Source of the DNA: an uncultured Desulfobacteraceae bacterium
GTDB lineage: Bacteria; Desulfobacterota; Desulfobacteria; Desulfobacterales; UBA11574
Assembly (NCBI GenBank): GCA_964591175.1
Contig: CAZQAF010000001.1
Coordinates: 12,879-76,878 of the forward strand
Length of the DNA: 64,000 nucleotides
Direction: 5' to 3'
Positions 1 through 11,407 of the stretch are shown here, in pieces. How positions within the stretch are numbered: the stretch's first letter is position 1; every line of letters begins with the position of its first letter. A model generated the notes under the pieces. The model saw only the letters and a program-made list of their open reading frames with translations, was not told where the DNA came from and searched no databases. The translations under genes were made by a program, and so were the position numbers.

Positions 1-820
1 ACAGCCTCGAACTCATGTTCCCGCCTAAAATGGTGTTCATCAAAGAATAGGCGAACCGTCTCGGGTCGGTGATCGACAACCCCTTGGTTCCCAGGCAGAT
101 ATGAACCTGTTCCAGGTCCTTATAATGCAGATTAACGGTACATCGTTCATCGGGTTCCGTGCGCTGGGGAAAAGGATCTCCCGGGCGGATCGATTCGAAC
201 GCGGGGCCGGCGATATCCATGAAATGGCTGTGGTCCAGGTTTCCTGCGACGGAAATAACGATGCGTTCGGGCTGATAAAAACGATGGAAAAAGCGTTTGA
301 TGACGCCGGAATCGAAACGGCTCACATTTTCACGATTGCCCAAAACGGAACGGCCCAGAGAATTTCCGCTCCAGAAATTCATGCCTGAAAGGATGTGAAT
401 ATATTCGTCCGGACTGTCTTCCGCCATTCCGATTTCCTGCAGGATTACCGCACGCTCGTTTTCGATTTCTCTGTCATCAAAGAGAGAGTTTAAGAAGATA
501 TCCGATAGAATGTCGACCATGGTTTCCATATGGGTGTCGATCACTTTTGCGTGATAGCAGGTATTTTCGGTACTGGTAAACGCATTGCTCTGACCACCGA
601 TGGCATCGAACTCCTTGGCGATCTGGAAGGCTGTCCTTTTTTGGGTTCCTTTAAAAATCATGTGTTCGATAAAATGAGACATACCGCTTTCGGAAGAAGA
701 TTCGTCCCGTCCGCCGACATTCACCCAGACCCCCATGGATATCGATCGAAGGTGCGGCATGGTTTTGGTGATGACCTTGATGCCGTTTGAAAGAACGGTT
801 TTGGAAACATCATGACCCAT
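1..820 (-). CDS. M16 (pitrilysin) family zinc peptidase, N-terminal part only (gene runs off the left edge)
   Basis: Absent from the ORF track because it has no stop in the window. Hand translation of the minus strand from ATG 820..818 gives MGHDVSKTVLSNGIKVITKTMPHLRSISMGVWVNVGGRDESSSESGMSHFIEHMIFKGTQKRTAFQIAKEFDAIGG..., with the inverted zinc motif HxxEH (HFIEH) and ...NTILGGNMSSRL at the edge. The frame is open to position 1 and starts 3 nt after the pnp stop. Confidence 0.85.
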   Translation of the reverse strand, partial: MGHDVSKTVLSNGIKVITKTMPHLRSISMGVWVNVGGRDESSSESGMSHFIEHMIFKGTQKRTAFQIAKEFDAIGGQSNAFTSTENTCYHAKVIDTHMETMVDILSDIFLNSLFDDREIENERAVILQEIGMAEDSPDEYIHILSGMNFWSGNSLGRSVLGNRENVSRFDSGVIKRFFHRFYQPERIVISVAGNLDHSHFMDIAGPAFESIRPGDPFPQRTEPDERCTVNLHYKDLEQVHICLGTKGLSITDPRRFAYSLMNTILGGNMSSRL

Positions 821-823
821 GGG

Positions 824-2908
824 TTATCCTTCCTCTTCCAAAGCAGCCTTGTAACTCAATCGGATTTTACCGTCTTTTCCGATCTCGAGAACCTTGACCT
901 TGATTTGATCTCCTTCTTTTACGATATCCGATACCCGATTGACGCGATGTGCGGCCAGTTGAGAGATATGCACCAGGCCGTCGACATTGGGAAGTATCTG
1001 GACGAATGCGCCGAAGTCCATAATTTTGACGACCGTGCCGTCATAAATTTTTCCGACTTCGGGTTCGACAACAATTTCTTTGACCATATTCAGAGCCGCA
1101 TCGGCCTCTTTTTGAGAAAAGGCCGCGATTTTAACCATACCGGAGTCGTCGATCTCTATTTTTGTGTCGGTTTCGTTTTGGATGGCCCTGATGGTTTTTC
1201 CGCCGGGACCGATGATTTCCCGGATTCTGTCGGGATTGATTTTGAAGGTAATGATTTTCGGGGCAAACGGCGAAATTTCCTGGCGGGGTTCCTGTATGGC
1301 TTCGGTGAGTTTACCCAGGATATAAAGCCGTCCGTTTCGGGCCTGCTCCAGTGCCTTTTCCATGATATCTTTGGACAACTCATGAATTTTAATATCCATC
1401 TGAAGCGCGGTGATGCCGTCCTTTGTGCCGGCTACCTTGAAGTCCATGTCGCCGGTATGATCTTCATCTCCCAAGATATCGGAAAGAATGACGACATCAT
1501 CTCCTTCTTTGACCAGTCCCATGGCAATCCCCGATACCGGCGCCTGGATGGGGACGCCACCGTCCATCATCGCCAGTGTCCCGGCGCAGACGGTGCCCAT
1601 GGATGACGAACCATTGGATTCAAGAACTTCCGAAACAATCCGGATGGTATAATCAAACGCTTCTTTTGGCGGGAGAATTTTTTCGAGAGCCCGTGTGGAA
1701 AGTCCGCCGTGGCCGATATCTCTCCGGCTCGGTCCGCCGATGCGCCGCACTTCTCCCACCGAATAAGGCGGGAAATTGTAATGGAGCATAAAGGGCCTGA
1801 GTTCGTCTCCGATCAAGGTTTCCACACGCTGTTCATCCTGACCCGATCCAAGGGTCAGCACGGCGAGCACCTGGGTTTCTCCCCGTGTAAAAAGCGCACT
1901 GCCGTGGGGTCTGGGCAATATTCCGACTTCACAGGTAATCGGCCTTATTTCGTCGAATCTTCTGTTGTCGATTCGCCGTCTTTCTTTAAGGATGATATCC
2001 CGGCTGATTCTTTTCAGCAGGTCTTTCAATATCGCCTTTATTTCATCCTGCCGGTCCGGATAGGTTTCTTGCAGCGCGTCGAGCATCTCTGATTTTACCT
2101 GAAAAAGCGCTGCATTTCGATTTGTCTTCTCGGGAACGCACAGGGCGGAGTAAATTTTTGAAGCGGCCTTGGTCTCGATGATTTGAACCAGCGCCTCATC
2201 TCTTTCGGGAGGAGAAAAGGGCCGTTTGGCGACACCGTTGATCTCTTTGAGTTTCAATTGCATGTCGATAATCGGCTGCATGGCCTTATGGCCGAAAAAA
2301 ATGGCTTCCAGCATATCCGATTCATTGACGATATTGCCCCCGCCTTCGACCATCACGACGCCGGTCCTGGATCCGGCGACAATAATATTGATGTCGGAGG
2401 ATTCATATTCATTGTGGGTCGGATTGATTTTCAACTGGCCGTCGATTCGGGCGACACGAACACATGCTATGGGCCCTTCAAAAGGAATGTCCGATATTTC
2501 AAGGGCCGCGGATGCGCCGATCATGGCCAGGATGTCGGGGTCGTTTTCCTGATCCATGGAAAGAACAGTGGCGATGACTTGCGTTTCAAATCGATATTCT
2601 TTGGGGAAGAGCGGCCGGATGGGTCGGTCGATGATGCGGGCGGTCAGGGTTTCCTTTTCGCTGGGCCGGCCGATTTCCCGCCGGAAATAATTTCCGGGGA
2701 TACGGCCCGCTGCATATCCTTTTTCCTGGTATTCAACGGTCAGCGGTAGAAAATCCGTCGTTCGCTCTTCATTAGAAGATACGACCGCCACCAATACAAT
2801 GGTATCTCCGTAACGAACCTCAACCGCGCCGGATGCCTGCTTGGCGAGTTTGCCGCTTTCGATGCTCAGAGTTCTACCTCCGATTTCTGTTTTGAGTAAA
2901 GTTTCCAT
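824..2908 (-). CDS. pnp: polyribonucleotide nucleotidyltransferase (PNPase)
   Basis: 694-aa ORF. Two RNase PH-like halves plus C-terminal KH and S1 regions (…[33 protein letters not shown]…). AGGAGA lies upstream of the ATG. Position downstream of rpsO is conserved. Confidence 0.97.
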   Translation of the reverse strand: METLLKTEIGGRTLSIESGKLAKQASGAVEVRYGDTIVLVAVVSSNEERTTDFLPLTVEYQEKGYAAGRIPGNYFRREIGRPSEKETLTARIIDRPIRPLFPKEYRFETQVIATVLSMDQENDPDILAMIGASAALEISDIPFEGPIACVRVARIDGQLKINPTHNEYESSDINIIVAGSRTGVVMVEGGGNIVNESDMLEAIFFGHKAMQPIIDMQLKLKEINGVAKRPFSPPERDEALVQIIETKAASKIYSALCVPEKTNRNAALFQVKSEMLDALQETYPDRQDEIKAILKDLLKRISRDIILKERRRIDNRRFDEIRPITCEVGILPRPHGSALFTRGETQVLAVLTLGSGQDEQRVETLIGDELRPFMLHYNFPPYSVGEVRRIGGPSRRDIGHGGLSTRALEKILPPKEAFDYTIRIVSEVLESNGSSSMGTVCAGTLAMMDGGVPIQAPVSGIAMGLVKEGDDVVILSDILGDEDHTGDMDFKVAGTKDGITALQMDIKIHELSKDIMEKALEQARNGRLYILGKLTEAIQEPRQEISPFAPKIITFKINPDRIREIIGPGGKTIRAIQNETDTKIEIDDSGMVKIAAFSQKEADAALNMVKEIVVEPEVGKIYDGTVVKIMDFGAFVQILPNVDGLVHISQLAAHRVNRVSDIVKEGDQIKVKVLEIGKDGKIRLSYKAALEEEG

Positions 2909-3088
2909 AAATTTCTCCTATACATCAAACGGCTTCGGACCTGTGATTGTGAACCAACTTGAAAGTTCTCTTTTGGGGAACAGACAATAGCGCATCAGGC
3001 AATACAGGCATCTATTCGTTTGAATTGTTTGGTCAAACGTTTAGGTTTTTGAGCGACAAATCGTTTTAAAAATCCAAACGGTTGCTGG

Positions 3089-3358
3089 CTATCTTCTGAG
3101 TCCTAAGGTTTCGATGATTTCCCGGTATCGCTTCACGTCTTTGTTTTTGACATAGTTCAGAAGTCTGCGTCGCCTGCCCACAAGGATCAAAAGTCCTCTT
3201 CTGGAATGATGATCTTTCTTATGAATTTTCAAATGTTCCGTTAAATAGGTGATACGGTGGGTTAAAAGGCCCACCTGTACTTCGGGCGATCCGGTATCGT
3301 TTTCATGCAGCTTGAACCGATCAATCAATTTCTTTTTTTCATTTGATGTTAAGACCAA
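3089..3358 (-). CDS. rpsO: 30S ribosomal protein S15
   Basis: 89 aa; …[38 protein letters not shown]… is typical S15. The start codon is TTG at 3358..3356, with AGGAGG about 9 nt upstream. Confidence 0.95.
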   Translation of the reverse strand: MVLTSNEKKKLIDRFKLHENDTGSPEVQVGLLTHRITYLTEHLKIHKKDHHSRRGLLILVGRRRRLLNYVKNKDVKRYREIIETLGLRR

Positions 3359-3495
3359 TTTTGTTCGCCTCCTTTTGCAAAAAAATACCTCATATCACTG
3401 CTGTCCAATTAAAATTTTAGATAATCTTGAAATAGCTCACCGCCCATTCCCCACGCCTTCGCGGTGAATAATAATAATCCTTCCACACATGCTCT

Positions 3496-4419
3496 CTAAT
3501 TGTTGAGCACACAGACATAATCGTATTTGTCCCTGTTACCGGCATGCTTGAGGACGGCGATGAGCTGTTTTTCGGCATCGACGATCTTCATAAATCCTTC
3601 CGTTGGGTCTTCCGTCCCGGATACAATATCATTTTTTGTCAGAATTTGACCATGTTTTATTTTTTGTTCCAGCATATGATCGGCGGTATGCTCGGGAAAA
3701 TTCTTCAGCGCATTCGACATACTGATGATCCTGCCGGAAAGTTGATTTGTCAGTGCAAGGTCTTTGAGTTCTTCCAATGTTACCGCTTGTTTTATCGTAA
3801 ATCCGCTGCTTTCGATTCGACGGAGCTCTTTCAAATGACCGCCGCATCCCAGGGCTGCGCCGATGTCGGCACATAGGGTTCTGACATATGTGCCTGCCGA
3901 GCAAAAGACCTCGAAACAGATGGTCGGCAGTTGAATGTCTCGTATTTTGAGATCAATGATGGAAATTTTTCTTGCCGGCTTCTGAACAGGCTTGTCGCTG
4001 CGGGCAAGTTTGTAGAGCGGTATCCCCTTATATTTCAAAGCCGAGTAAACCGGCGGGGCTTGCGTCAGTGCTCCCTCATATCTTTTAAATACGGATTGTA
4101 TTGTTTTTTCCGAAAATTTGCCGGGATTGCATACACGCGTAACATTTCCCGTCAAATCCTGGGTGTCGGTTTCAATCCCCAGGTGAAGAACAGCTTCATA
4201 TTTTTTATTGCCCCGTAAGAAAAAACGGGCCAGCTTTGTTGCGCGATTCATACAGCATATCAGCACGCCTGTTGCAAAGGGATCCAATGTTCCGGTATGC
4301 CCCGCTTTTTTTGCTTTCAGCAATGCTTTTACCCGTGCCACCACCTTGGCGGAACTGATGCCTGCGGGTTTATCAACAATCAGAATTCCGCTGATGCCGC
4401 TATTCATAGTTAAAATCAC
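3496..4419 (-). CDS. truB: tRNA pseudouridine(55) synthase
   Basis: 307 aa; GILIVDKPAGISS…GHTGTLDPFATGVL (catalytic Asp motif). The GTG start forms a GTGA overlap with the upstream stop. An ATG at 4407 is an alternative start. Confidence 0.9.
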   Translation of the reverse strand: MILTMNSGISGILIVDKPAGISSAKVVARVKALLKAKKAGHTGTLDPFATGVLICCMNRATKLARFFLRGNKKYEAVLHLGIETDTQDLTGNVTRVCNPGKFSEKTIQSVFKRYEGALTQAPPVYSALKYKGIPLYKLARSDKPVQKPARKISIIDLKIRDIQLPTICFEVFCSAGTYVRTLCADIGAALGCGGHLKELRRIESSGFTIKQAVTLEELKDLALTNQLSGRIISMSNALKNFPEHTADHMLEQKIKHGQILTKNDIVSGTEDPTEGFMKIVDAEKQLIAVLKHAGNRDKYDYVCVLNN

Positions 4420-5384
4420 ATGGTGTTCGCCAGGTTTAAAATTATCGATTTTATTTCCGAAAGCGTCGACTCGATATTGAATCCCGCGGCGCTGGAGTGA
4501 CCGCCGCCGCCAAACATGGATGCGATGGTCGCCACATCAATTGATCCGTCGGAGCGGAGACTGACATGATACATGTTTTGATTTTCCGATGGTCCATTGC
4601 CGTTGTGATCCTCCTGGATCAGCGCTGCAACCTTGATATCCTCAATTCGTTTTGCATAATTGATAAGACCGTCTCCATCTTCGGGTTGCGTGTGTGTTTC
4701 GGCAAACATGTCTTTGGTCAATGTCATAATCGACACTTTTCCGTTATTGGAAATTTCGATAGAGTCCAGGGCAAGGTTCAACAGTTTTATCCGTCCCAGA
4801 GAGTAGGTGCCGTATACACGCTGTGAAATATCATAAGGATCGACGCCCAAATCCAGCATTTCCTGGCAAATGGCAAAAGCGGCCCTGTTCGTATTTGAAA
4901 AACGAAACGAACCCGTATCCGTCAAAATGCCGGTATATATTGCCGTAGCAATGAATTTATCCAAGGGGATGTCCATTTGTTTGATCAGCCAGTACACGAT
5001 TTCCGATGTGGCGCACGCGGACGTGTCGATCAGCTGAATATGCCCGAAGTGCGTATTCGTAATATGATGATCGATGTTTACGATCAAAGGGACCTGGTTT
5101 ACGACAGAGACGGCCGTTCCGATACGATCCAGGTTGCTGCAATCCAGAATGATCGCCAGATCATAATCGGTCTTTTCGATCTTCCGGACGACACGATGCA
5201 CTTCCGGCAGAAAACGATATACCGCCGGTATGGGGCTTTCGTTATATAAGGTTGTTTTTTTATTCAGCGCCTTGAGGGAAAGTCCCGTGGCGATCAGCGA
5301 TCCGATGGCATCTCCGTCAGGATTGGTGTGACTGATCACCAGGATATGGTGACTGTTTTTTACTTGATGTATGAGTGAGTCCAT
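4416..5384 (-). CDS. DHH/DHHA1 family phosphoesterase (NrnA-like oligoribonuclease/pAp phosphatase)
   Basis: 322 aa; HTNPDGDAIGS, NIDHH and GGGH motifs of the DHH/DHHA1 superfamily. Located between rbfA and truB. Confidence 0.8.
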   Translation of the reverse strand: MDSLIHQVKNSHHILVISHTNPDGDAIGSLIATGLSLKALNKKTTLYNESPIPAVYRFLPEVHRVVRKIEKTDYDLAIILDCSNLDRIGTAVSVVNQVPLIVNIDHHITNTHFGHIQLIDTSACATSEIVYWLIKQMDIPLDKFIATAIYTGILTDTGSFRFSNTNRAAFAICQEMLDLGVDPYDISQRVYGTYSLGRIKLLNLALDSIEISNNGKVSIMTLTKDMFAETHTQPEDGDGLINYAKRIEDIKVAALIQEDHNGNGPSENQNMYHVSLRSDGSIDVATIASMFGGGGHSSAAGFNIESTLSEIKSIILNLANTM

Positions 5385-5390
5385 GATGGT

Positions 5391-5789
5391 TTAATGATCT
5401 TCGGAATTTGTTGATGACGGCGCATTGTCCCGGTCTTGTCTGTCGTCATCATGAATACGGCTTAATAGGTTATCGATGCGACCGCCGTATTCAAACGATT
5501 CATCATAAAAAAACCTAAGCTCCGGCATATATCGTAATCCCAGCTCTGCGGCAAGTTTATATTTTACATATCCAAGGGCGCTTTTGAACCCGTCAATGGT
5601 TTTATCGACCGTATTTTCGTTGTCGGATGTAATAAAGTAAACGCGCGCGATTCTTAAATCGCGGGACATTTTTACGCCCGTAATCGAAGCCGATTTCAAA
5701 CGCGGGTCTTTCACCCGTTTAAGGAGTATGTCCGACAATACTTTTTGTATTTGGCCGCCGACTCGGTCGGCACGCGCAAAGGGTTTCAT
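5391..5789 (-). CDS. rbfA: ribosome-binding factor A
   Basis: 132 aa; RADRVGGQIQKVLSDILLKRVKDPRL… is a typical RbfA N-terminus. Position after infB is conserved. Confidence 0.9.
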   Translation of the reverse strand: MKPFARADRVGGQIQKVLSDILLKRVKDPRLKSASITGVKMSRDLRIARVYFITSDNENTVDKTIDGFKSALGYVKYKLAAELGLRYMPELRFFYDESFEYGGRIDNLLSRIHDDDRQDRDNAPSSTNSEDH

Positions 5790-6073
5790 ATATTGATAAT
5801 CTCCATTTCACTGCCGATGATTTCGGCTAGATTGAGTTCTTCGACAAGGTTAAAGATTTTGTCTATCTTGGAGTTTATCACAGCCCGGTTATTGCCGACA
5901 AGGGCAAAACCGATCATGGCGCGTTGATAGATATCGTTGGATCCGACTTCGGCAACCGAGACATTAAAATGGTTGCGCAACTGGCTGATAATCGATTTTA
6001 CAATTTTTCTTTTGGCCTTTAGAGAACGACACTCATGCAGCCTGAACGTGACAATACCTAGACCGGCCACCAT
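5786..6073 (-). CDS. DUF503 (YlxP-like) protein
   Basis: MVAGLGIVTFRLHECRSLKAKRKIVKSIISQLRNHFNVSVAEVG… matches the DUF503 pattern, and the resulting size (~95 aa) fits the family. The ATG at 6073 is preferred over the track's TTG at 6121 (family length, GAGGGG upstream). The start is uncertain. Confidence 0.7.
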   Translation of the reverse strand: MVAGLGIVTFRLHECRSLKAKRKIVKSIISQLRNHFNVSVAEVGSNDIYQRAMIGFALVGNNRAVINSKIDKIFNLVEELNLAEIIGSEMEIINI

Positions 6074-6163
6074 GATCCCCTCACTCGATACATCAAACGC
6101 TTTGGTTTTATGTTGCCACAAAATATTTTAAGTTTACAAATTAAAAAATCCAGATACCCATGG

Positions 6164-8818
6164 CTATTCGACTTCAGGCCTTATTTCTTCCACGTAGAAA
6201 CATTCGATGACGTCGCCGAGTTTGATGTCATTGTAATTTTTAATGACGATGCCGCATTCATAACCGCTTTGAACTTCTTTTACATCGTCTTTGAAATGAC
6301 GAAGGGAAGCGATCTTGCCTTCATAAGTGACAACCCAGTCTCTGAGTATGCGGGCAATCTGTCCGCGCTCGATTTTACCCTCTGTGACATAACAACCGGC
6401 AACAGCCCCGATTTTGGGGACATGGAACACTTCTCTCACTTCGGCTTTACCCAGAATGCGCTCTTCAAACGTAGAGGACATCATGCCGACAATGGCATTC
6501 TTGATATCATTGATGACATTATAAATAATGTTGTAAAACCGGATATCCACATTTTCCTCGTTGGCAAGCGCCTGAACTTTGGAACTGGGACGGACATTGA
6601 AGCCGATAATGATCGCGTCCGATACGGTTGCAAGGGAAATATCCGATTCATTCAAAGCGCCCGTCGCCGAATGAATCACATTGATCTTGACTTCCTCATT
6701 GGAAAGCTTGGTTAACGCATCCGAAAGGGCTTCGATGGAACCATGCACATCGGCCTTGATGATGAGATTCAGATCTTTAACCTCATTTTCCTGCATTTTT
6801 TCGTAAAGCTTTTCAAGGCTTAACCTGCTGGTCTTGGCAAGTTCCCTTGATCGCTGTTTCTGGGTCCGATGCAAACTGACTTGTTTTGCATTTTTCTCGT
6901 CCGACAATGCCACCAACTCATCTCCTGAATTGGGGACACCCGAAAGACCGATGATTTCAACGGGAATCGACGGGCCTGCAGATGATACCTGCCATCCTAT
7001 GTCGTTCAAGAGGGCGCGAACTTTACCGTAATGAACCCCGCAAACCACTGCGTCGTGTATTTTTAAAGTGCCTTCCTTGACCAGAACCGTGGCAACAGGA
7101 CCTCTCCCCGCATCCAGTTTGGCCTCAACAACATGTCCGACGGCGAGTTTTTCCGGATTGGCCTTCAGTTCCAGAATTTCCGCCTGTAACAGCACCATTT
7201 CGAGCAAATCGTCTATCCCGCGATTTTCCTTGGCAGATACCTCTACAAAGATGGTATCGCCGCCCCAGTCTTCGGGCACGACACCGACCTCTGCAAGTTC
7301 TCTTTTGACCCGTTCCGGATTTGCATTTTGCTTGTCGATTTTATTAACCGCTACGATAACCGGAACTTTTGCGGCCCTGGAATGGTTGATGGCCTCTATG
7401 GTTTGAGGCATGACACCATCGTCGGCGGCAACGACAAGAATGACCAAATCGGTAACCTTTGCCCCGCGGGAACGCATCTCGGTAAACGCTTCATGGCCCG
7501 GGGTATCCAAGAAGACGATTTGACCTTTGTCTGTATCGACATTGTAGGCGCCGATATGCTGCGTGATTCCGCCGGCTTCATTTTCCGTAATTCTGGTTTT
7601 ACGAATAACGTCAAGAAGAGATGTTTTGCCGTGATCCACATGGCCCATGATGGTCACCACAGGGGGCCTGGAGATGAGTTTGTCGGGGTCATCCGTTTCT
7701 ACTTTCAGGACGGACTGTTCTTCAAAGGAGGCGTTTTCGAGCTCATAGTCGAATTCAGAGGCAACCATCGCAGCGGTGTCAAAATCGATGATCTGATTCA
7801 CCGTCACCATAACGCCGAGGTCCATCAATTTTTTAATCATTTCATTGGCTTTAATGCCCATACGTTTGGCCAGATCGGACAGGGCGATGGCGTCGTCGAT
7901 TTTGATTCTGCGTTTAATGGCCTTGGGCACCGTAATCTGAGGTTTTTGTAAGGGGCCTGCTGCTTTTCCCTTAACGGACTTTCGACCCTTGCGGCCCCGA
8001 TGCCCCTTGGTATAAAGATCCGCTCCTTCCACAACCTCTTTTTTACGAAAGGAAATCTTTTTCTTGAAAAACTTCCGGTCCGTCACGGGTTCGTCAGGTT
8101 TTTTACCCCATTTTTTCTTTGCCTTTTTCGTTTCTTTGGCAGACTCATCTTCGGCGGATGTTTTGGCTGCAGGCTGTTTTTTAACTTCCTTTTCAGGTTC
8201 GACGCCCCGATCCTCTTCGATCTCAGGCGCCTTTTTCTTCGGAGGCGGCGAAACCGGCATCTTTATGATTTTTGCCGGTGTGTCTTTTTTACGTTTTCTG
8301 ACGGCTTTTTTCGGTGTTAATTTTTTAACGACAACCGGTTTTTCACCTTCGGGTTCCGCTTTTGCAGCATCGGATGGCGGGGCGCCAGCTTCCGAAACTT
8401 CGGCTGTTTTTGCTGCTTCTTGTTCTTTGTTCTCGGCTCCCGGAACGGCTTTCTTTTCCGGCGCCGGGGTTTCTTTTTCAAGGACGGGTTCCTTGGGTTC
8501 AGCAGCCTTATCAGATGGTGGCTCGGCAGCTTCTGCTTCTTCCTCGGGTGATTCCGGTTCCGCGACGGTCTTTGTTTCAACCGGCTCCGGACGCACGGGT
8601 TTTCTGCGTCTTCTGATCAGTGTCGGTTTTATACGCGTTTCTTCGACCTCCTTTGCCGGCGAACCTCGAAGATTTCGTTTAATCGTGTCCACTGTGTCAT
8701 CATCCAGAGAACTCATATGGCTTTTTGCTTCAATATCCATATCCTGTAACTTGTCGAGCAACATTTTATTCGTCATGTTAAGATCTCTGGCAAGCTCATA
8801 TATTCTGATCTTTGCCAT
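6164..8818 (-). CDS. infB: translation initiation factor IF-2
   Basis: [13 protein letters not shown]… is the canonical IF-2 N-terminus, with AGGGGG upstream of ATG 8818. The track's start at 8872 is an over-extension. GTPase motifs GHVDHGKT and DTPGH are present, and the N-terminal linker is long and K/E/P/A-rich. Confidence 0.95.
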   Translation of the reverse strand: MAKIRIYELARDLNMTNKMLLDKLQDMDIEAKSHMSSLDDDTVDTIKRNLRGSPAKEVEETRIKPTLIRRRRKPVRPEPVETKTVAEPESPEEEAEAAEPPSDKAAEPKEPVLEKETPAPEKKAVPGAENKEQEAAKTAEVSEAGAPPSDAAKAEPEGEKPVVVKKLTPKKAVRKRKKDTPAKIIKMPVSPPPKKKAPEIEEDRGVEPEKEVKKQPAAKTSAEDESAKETKKAKKKWGKKPDEPVTDRKFFKKKISFRKKEVVEGADLYTKGHRGRKGRKSVKGKAAGPLQKPQITVPKAIKRRIKIDDAIALSDLAKRMGIKANEMIKKLMDLGVMVTVNQIIDFDTAAMVASEFDYELENASFEEQSVLKVETDDPDKLISRPPVVTIMGHVDHGKTSLLDVIRKTRITENEAGGITQHIGAYNVDTDKGQIVFLDTPGHEAFTEMRSRGAKVTDLVILVVAADDGVMPQTIEAINHSRAAKVPVIVAVNKIDKQNANPERVKRELAEVGVVPEDWGGDTIFVEVSAKENRGIDDLLEMVLLQAEILELKANPEKLAVGHVVEAKLDAGRGPVATVLVKEGTLKIHDAVVCGVHYGKVRALLNDIGWQVSSAGPSIPVEIIGLSGVPNSGDELVALSDEKNAKQVSLHRTQKQRSRELAKTSRLSLEKLYEKMQENEVKDLNLIIKADVHGSIEALSDALTKLSNEEVKINVIHSATGALNESDISLATVSDAIIIGFNVRPSSKVQALANEENVDIRFYNIIYNVINDIKNAIVGMMSSTFEERILGKAEVREVFHVPKIGAVAGCYVTEGKIERGQIARILRDWVVTYEGKIASLRHFKDDVKEVQSGYECGIVIKNYNDIKLGDVIECFYVEEIRPEVE

Positions 8819-8929
8819 TAAACCCCCTGTTGTGTTTATTGGTAGCCCGTTTTGTATGCAAAGCCTTTGCAAAACATCTCATACGGCAAATGGTTTTCTA
8901 TCCGTTACCTGAACGATTATCCTTATTCT

Positions 8930-10348
8930 TTATTCTTTAGCGGAATCCGCTGCATCCTGGCCATCCGACAGTATCGTTTGCTCAGGCAAATCCTCATCTC
9001 GGCCTGTCGCGTCGTCCGGGACGGTTTGCGAATCCGAGACATCTGCCGCCTCGACGTCCTCTTCTTTTTCCGATATCACATCTTCTTTGGAAGTTTCATC
9101 GCCGTGTTCCGTGTTTGGTATATAATTCCTGGCAGCTTCAATCAGTTGCAGGGCTTTTTCCTCGGTAATATCTCTGATTTGGGCCAGATCTTCTACAGAG
9201 GCTTTGCCGAGTTCATCTGCGGAAAAAAAGCCCTTTTCATAGAGTGCATCCGCCAAACTGATGCCGACATCCGGCAGGGATATCAAAGAATCATATCCGT
9301 ATTGCATGGCTTCGCTGTATCGTGTCTCGCTGATGACATCAAGGTGCCATCTGGTCAATTTTGAAGCGAGCCGTACATTTTGCCCTTTTTTCCCGATGGC
9401 GATGGAGAGAAATTCATCAGGGACGATGACTTCCATGGAGCTGTTTTCTTCATCAATAATCACCCTGGAAATTTCCGCAGGTGCAAGGGCGTTGCACACA
9501 AATTTTGCAGGATCGATGTGATACGGGATGATATCTATTTTTTCCCCTTTAAGTTCCTGAACGACGTTTTGTACCCGGCTGCCTTTCATTCCGACACAGG
9601 CGCCGACAGGGTCTATATCGGAATCGTTTGAGGTCACCGCGATTTTTGCTCTGATGCCGGGTTCGCGGGTTGCGCCGATAATGGTAACGATTCCCTCATT
9701 TATTTCAGGCACTTCTGTTTTGAAAAGGGCGATCAGAAAGTCCGGATGCGTCCTGGACAGAACAATTTGCGGACCCCGCGTATCATACAGGACATCGATG
9801 ATGTACGCCCTCATGCGGTCCCCCCGTCGGTAAGATTCCTTGGGAATCTGTTCGCGGGAAGGAAGGATTCCTTCTGTATGACCGAGATTGACAATGATAT
9901 CGTTTCGATCAAAACGTTGAACGATTCCGTTGATGATTTCACCCTTTCGGTCAATAAAACTCGAGTACACGGCATCTCTTTCCGCATCTTTCATTTTTTG
10001 AATAATGACTTGCTTGGCGGACTGAGCAGCGATACGACCAAAGGTGGAGGTATCCATTTTGGTTCCGAGGCTGTCGCCCACTTCACAATCCGGATCGAGC
10101 TTTCGCGCCTCTTTGAGGCTGATTTGCAAATCCGGCTCTGTAACGGTTTCGGCAACATCCTTGAACTGAAAAACCTCTATTTCACCGGTTGATTCATTGT
10201 ATTGAACTTCAATGTCGACATTGGCACCGAATTTTTTTCTCGCGGCAGATCCCAATGCTTCCTCAAGGGCCTTGATCAGAATCTCACGATTAATGCCTTT
10301 ATCTCGACTGACTTGTTCAACAACACGTTTGATATCTGTGATAAGCAT
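8930..10348 (-). CDS. nusA: transcription termination/antitermination factor NusA
   Basis: 472 aa; N-terminal domain, S1 and KH regions (…GTKMDTSTFGRIAAQSAKQVIIQKMKDAERD…) and an acidic C-terminal tail. Order rimP-nusA-infB is conserved. Confidence 0.95.
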   Translation of the reverse strand: MLITDIKRVVEQVSRDKGINREILIKALEEALGSAARKKFGANVDIEVQYNESTGEIEVFQFKDVAETVTEPDLQISLKEARKLDPDCEVGDSLGTKMDTSTFGRIAAQSAKQVIIQKMKDAERDAVYSSFIDRKGEIINGIVQRFDRNDIIVNLGHTEGILPSREQIPKESYRRGDRMRAYIIDVLYDTRGPQIVLSRTHPDFLIALFKTEVPEINEGIVTIIGATREPGIRAKIAVTSNDSDIDPVGACVGMKGSRVQNVVQELKGEKIDIIPYHIDPAKFVCNALAPAEISRVIIDEENSSMEVIVPDEFLSIAIGKKGQNVRLASKLTRWHLDVISETRYSEAMQYGYDSLISLPDVGISLADALYEKGFFSADELGKASVEDLAQIRDITEEKALQLIEAARNYIPNTEHGDETSKEDVISEKEEDVEAADVSDSQTVPDDATGRDEDLPEQTILSDGQDAADSAKE

Positions 10349-10401
10349 CCATTTTCTCCACTATTGTGTATTTGCAATCATAAGCCGGGTGCACACCATT
10401 C

Positions 10402-10938
10402 TCAATGAGAACTTTCCGAGAGACGCGCCGTCAGGATTTCCTGATACGGAATCGCCACGGTTCGGTCTCCCATTGAAACGCTGACCATATCTTCGGATAT
10501 CCCCAGCAAAATACCGCTGATTTTTTTTTTGCCGTCAACAAGGGAAGCGGCTTTGATGATGATCCGGTTCCCTTTGAATCGATCAAAGTCGCGCTTTTTC
10601 CCCAGCGGCCGATTCGGCCCCGGCGATGACACCTCCAGATTATAGGGTCCTGCGTCTTCCAGAAAAACATCCAGTAAGTCACTGGACTGGCGACTGATAT
10701 TGGTACAATCGTCCAGGGTCACGCCGCCGGGGCTGTCGATATAAAGGCGAAGTATCCTTCCTCCAGCCTCACGTTGACACTCGACATGCACCAGTTCTAT
10801 TCCCTCTGCCGTACAGAGCGGATCCAAGACGTTTTTTACCCGGACGATCATTTTTTTCAAATTGTCCGGCGACCAGGTATTTTGTTCCCGGTGTTCGGTT
10901 TTTGAGCTGTCGCTTTTTTTACTTTTTTTGGGTTTCAA
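10402..10938 (-). CDS. rimP: ribosome maturation factor RimP
   Basis: …VLDPLCTAEGIELVHVECQREAGGRILRLYIDSPGGVTLDDC… is RimP-like. The track start is TTG 10938, which gives a Lys-rich 29-aa extension. ATG 10851 (MIVRVKN…, 149 aa) is an equally plausible start. Confidence 0.8.
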   Translation of the reverse strand: MKPKKSKKSDSSKTEHREQNTWSPDNLKKMIVRVKNVLDPLCTAEGIELVHVECQREAGGRILRLYIDSPGGVTLDDCTNISRQSSDLLDVFLEDAGPYNLEVSSPGPNRPLGKKRDFDRFKGNRIIIKAASLVDGKKKISGILLGISEDMVSVSMGDRTVAIPYQEILTARLSESSH

Positions 10939-10980
10939 CGGTCTTCTACCAATCTAATCTAAAAAAACAACAATGGGTCT

Positions 10981-11018
10981 AAAAAAAAGCAAAAACGGGC
11001 TGTCGCCCGTTTTTTTTC
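10981..11018. terminator. bidirectional intrinsic terminator-like hairpin between tRNA-Gly and rimP
   Basis: aaaaacgggc-tgtc-gcccgttttt (10991..11014) is flanked by an A-run on the left and a T-run on the right, so both strands read as hairpin plus U-tract. Confidence 0.6.
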
Positions 11019-11204
11019 TCATACAGGTAGATCTCTATGGTGGATTGAAAAGCTTTACCTGTTCATTTAATGACCCATGAGAGAAAAATTAAATCCAAAT
11101 CACACCCACATTCCCAGAACCTGCGTTCAGCAACGAGACCTTGAAACTGATCGAACATAAGCATTCTTCAAAAGTCCCGCAACCTACTCAAAGGCGACCT
11201 TTAA

Positions 11205-11279
11205 TGGAGCGGGCAACGAGATTTGAACTCGCGACTCCAAGCTTGGGAAGCTTGTACTCTACCACTGAGTTATGCCCGC
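11205..11279 (-). tRNA. tRNA-Gly (anticodon CCC), CCA encoded
   Basis: The minus-strand sequence GCGGGCATAACTCAGTGGTAGAGTACAAGCTTCCCAAGCTTGGAGTCGCGAGTTCAAATCTCGTTGCCCGCTCCA was folded by hand. It gives a 7-bp acceptor stem, 4-bp D stem, 5-bp anticodon stem with loop TTCCCAA, and 5-bp T stem with loop TTCAAAT. Confidence 0.93.
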
Positions 11280-11407
11280 TCTTCAAAAAAAATAAGCTAT
11301 TACAAATGATTTGCAATGTCAATAATTTTCAATAACATTTGATGAATTCGCAAAAATTCGAATACATCAGGTTCTTGGTGTTTAGTGTTTCGTATAAAAA
11401 AGAGAGG

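Noticed and set aside
812-2749. Plus-strand ORFs 812..1606 (264 aa), 1709..2092 and 2183..2749
   Set aside because: Antisense to pnp; shadow ORFs.
11141-11335. 64-aa plus-strand ORF (TTG start)
   Set aside because: It overlaps the minus-strand tRNA-Gly exactly, and the tRNA cloverleaf explains the sequence.
11340-11369. Palindrome tgatgaattcg-N8-cgaatacatca between the MerR gene and tRNA-Gly
   Set aside because: It has one mismatch, no U-tract, and is AT-rich. It cannot be distinguished from chance, and no functional assignment is possible.
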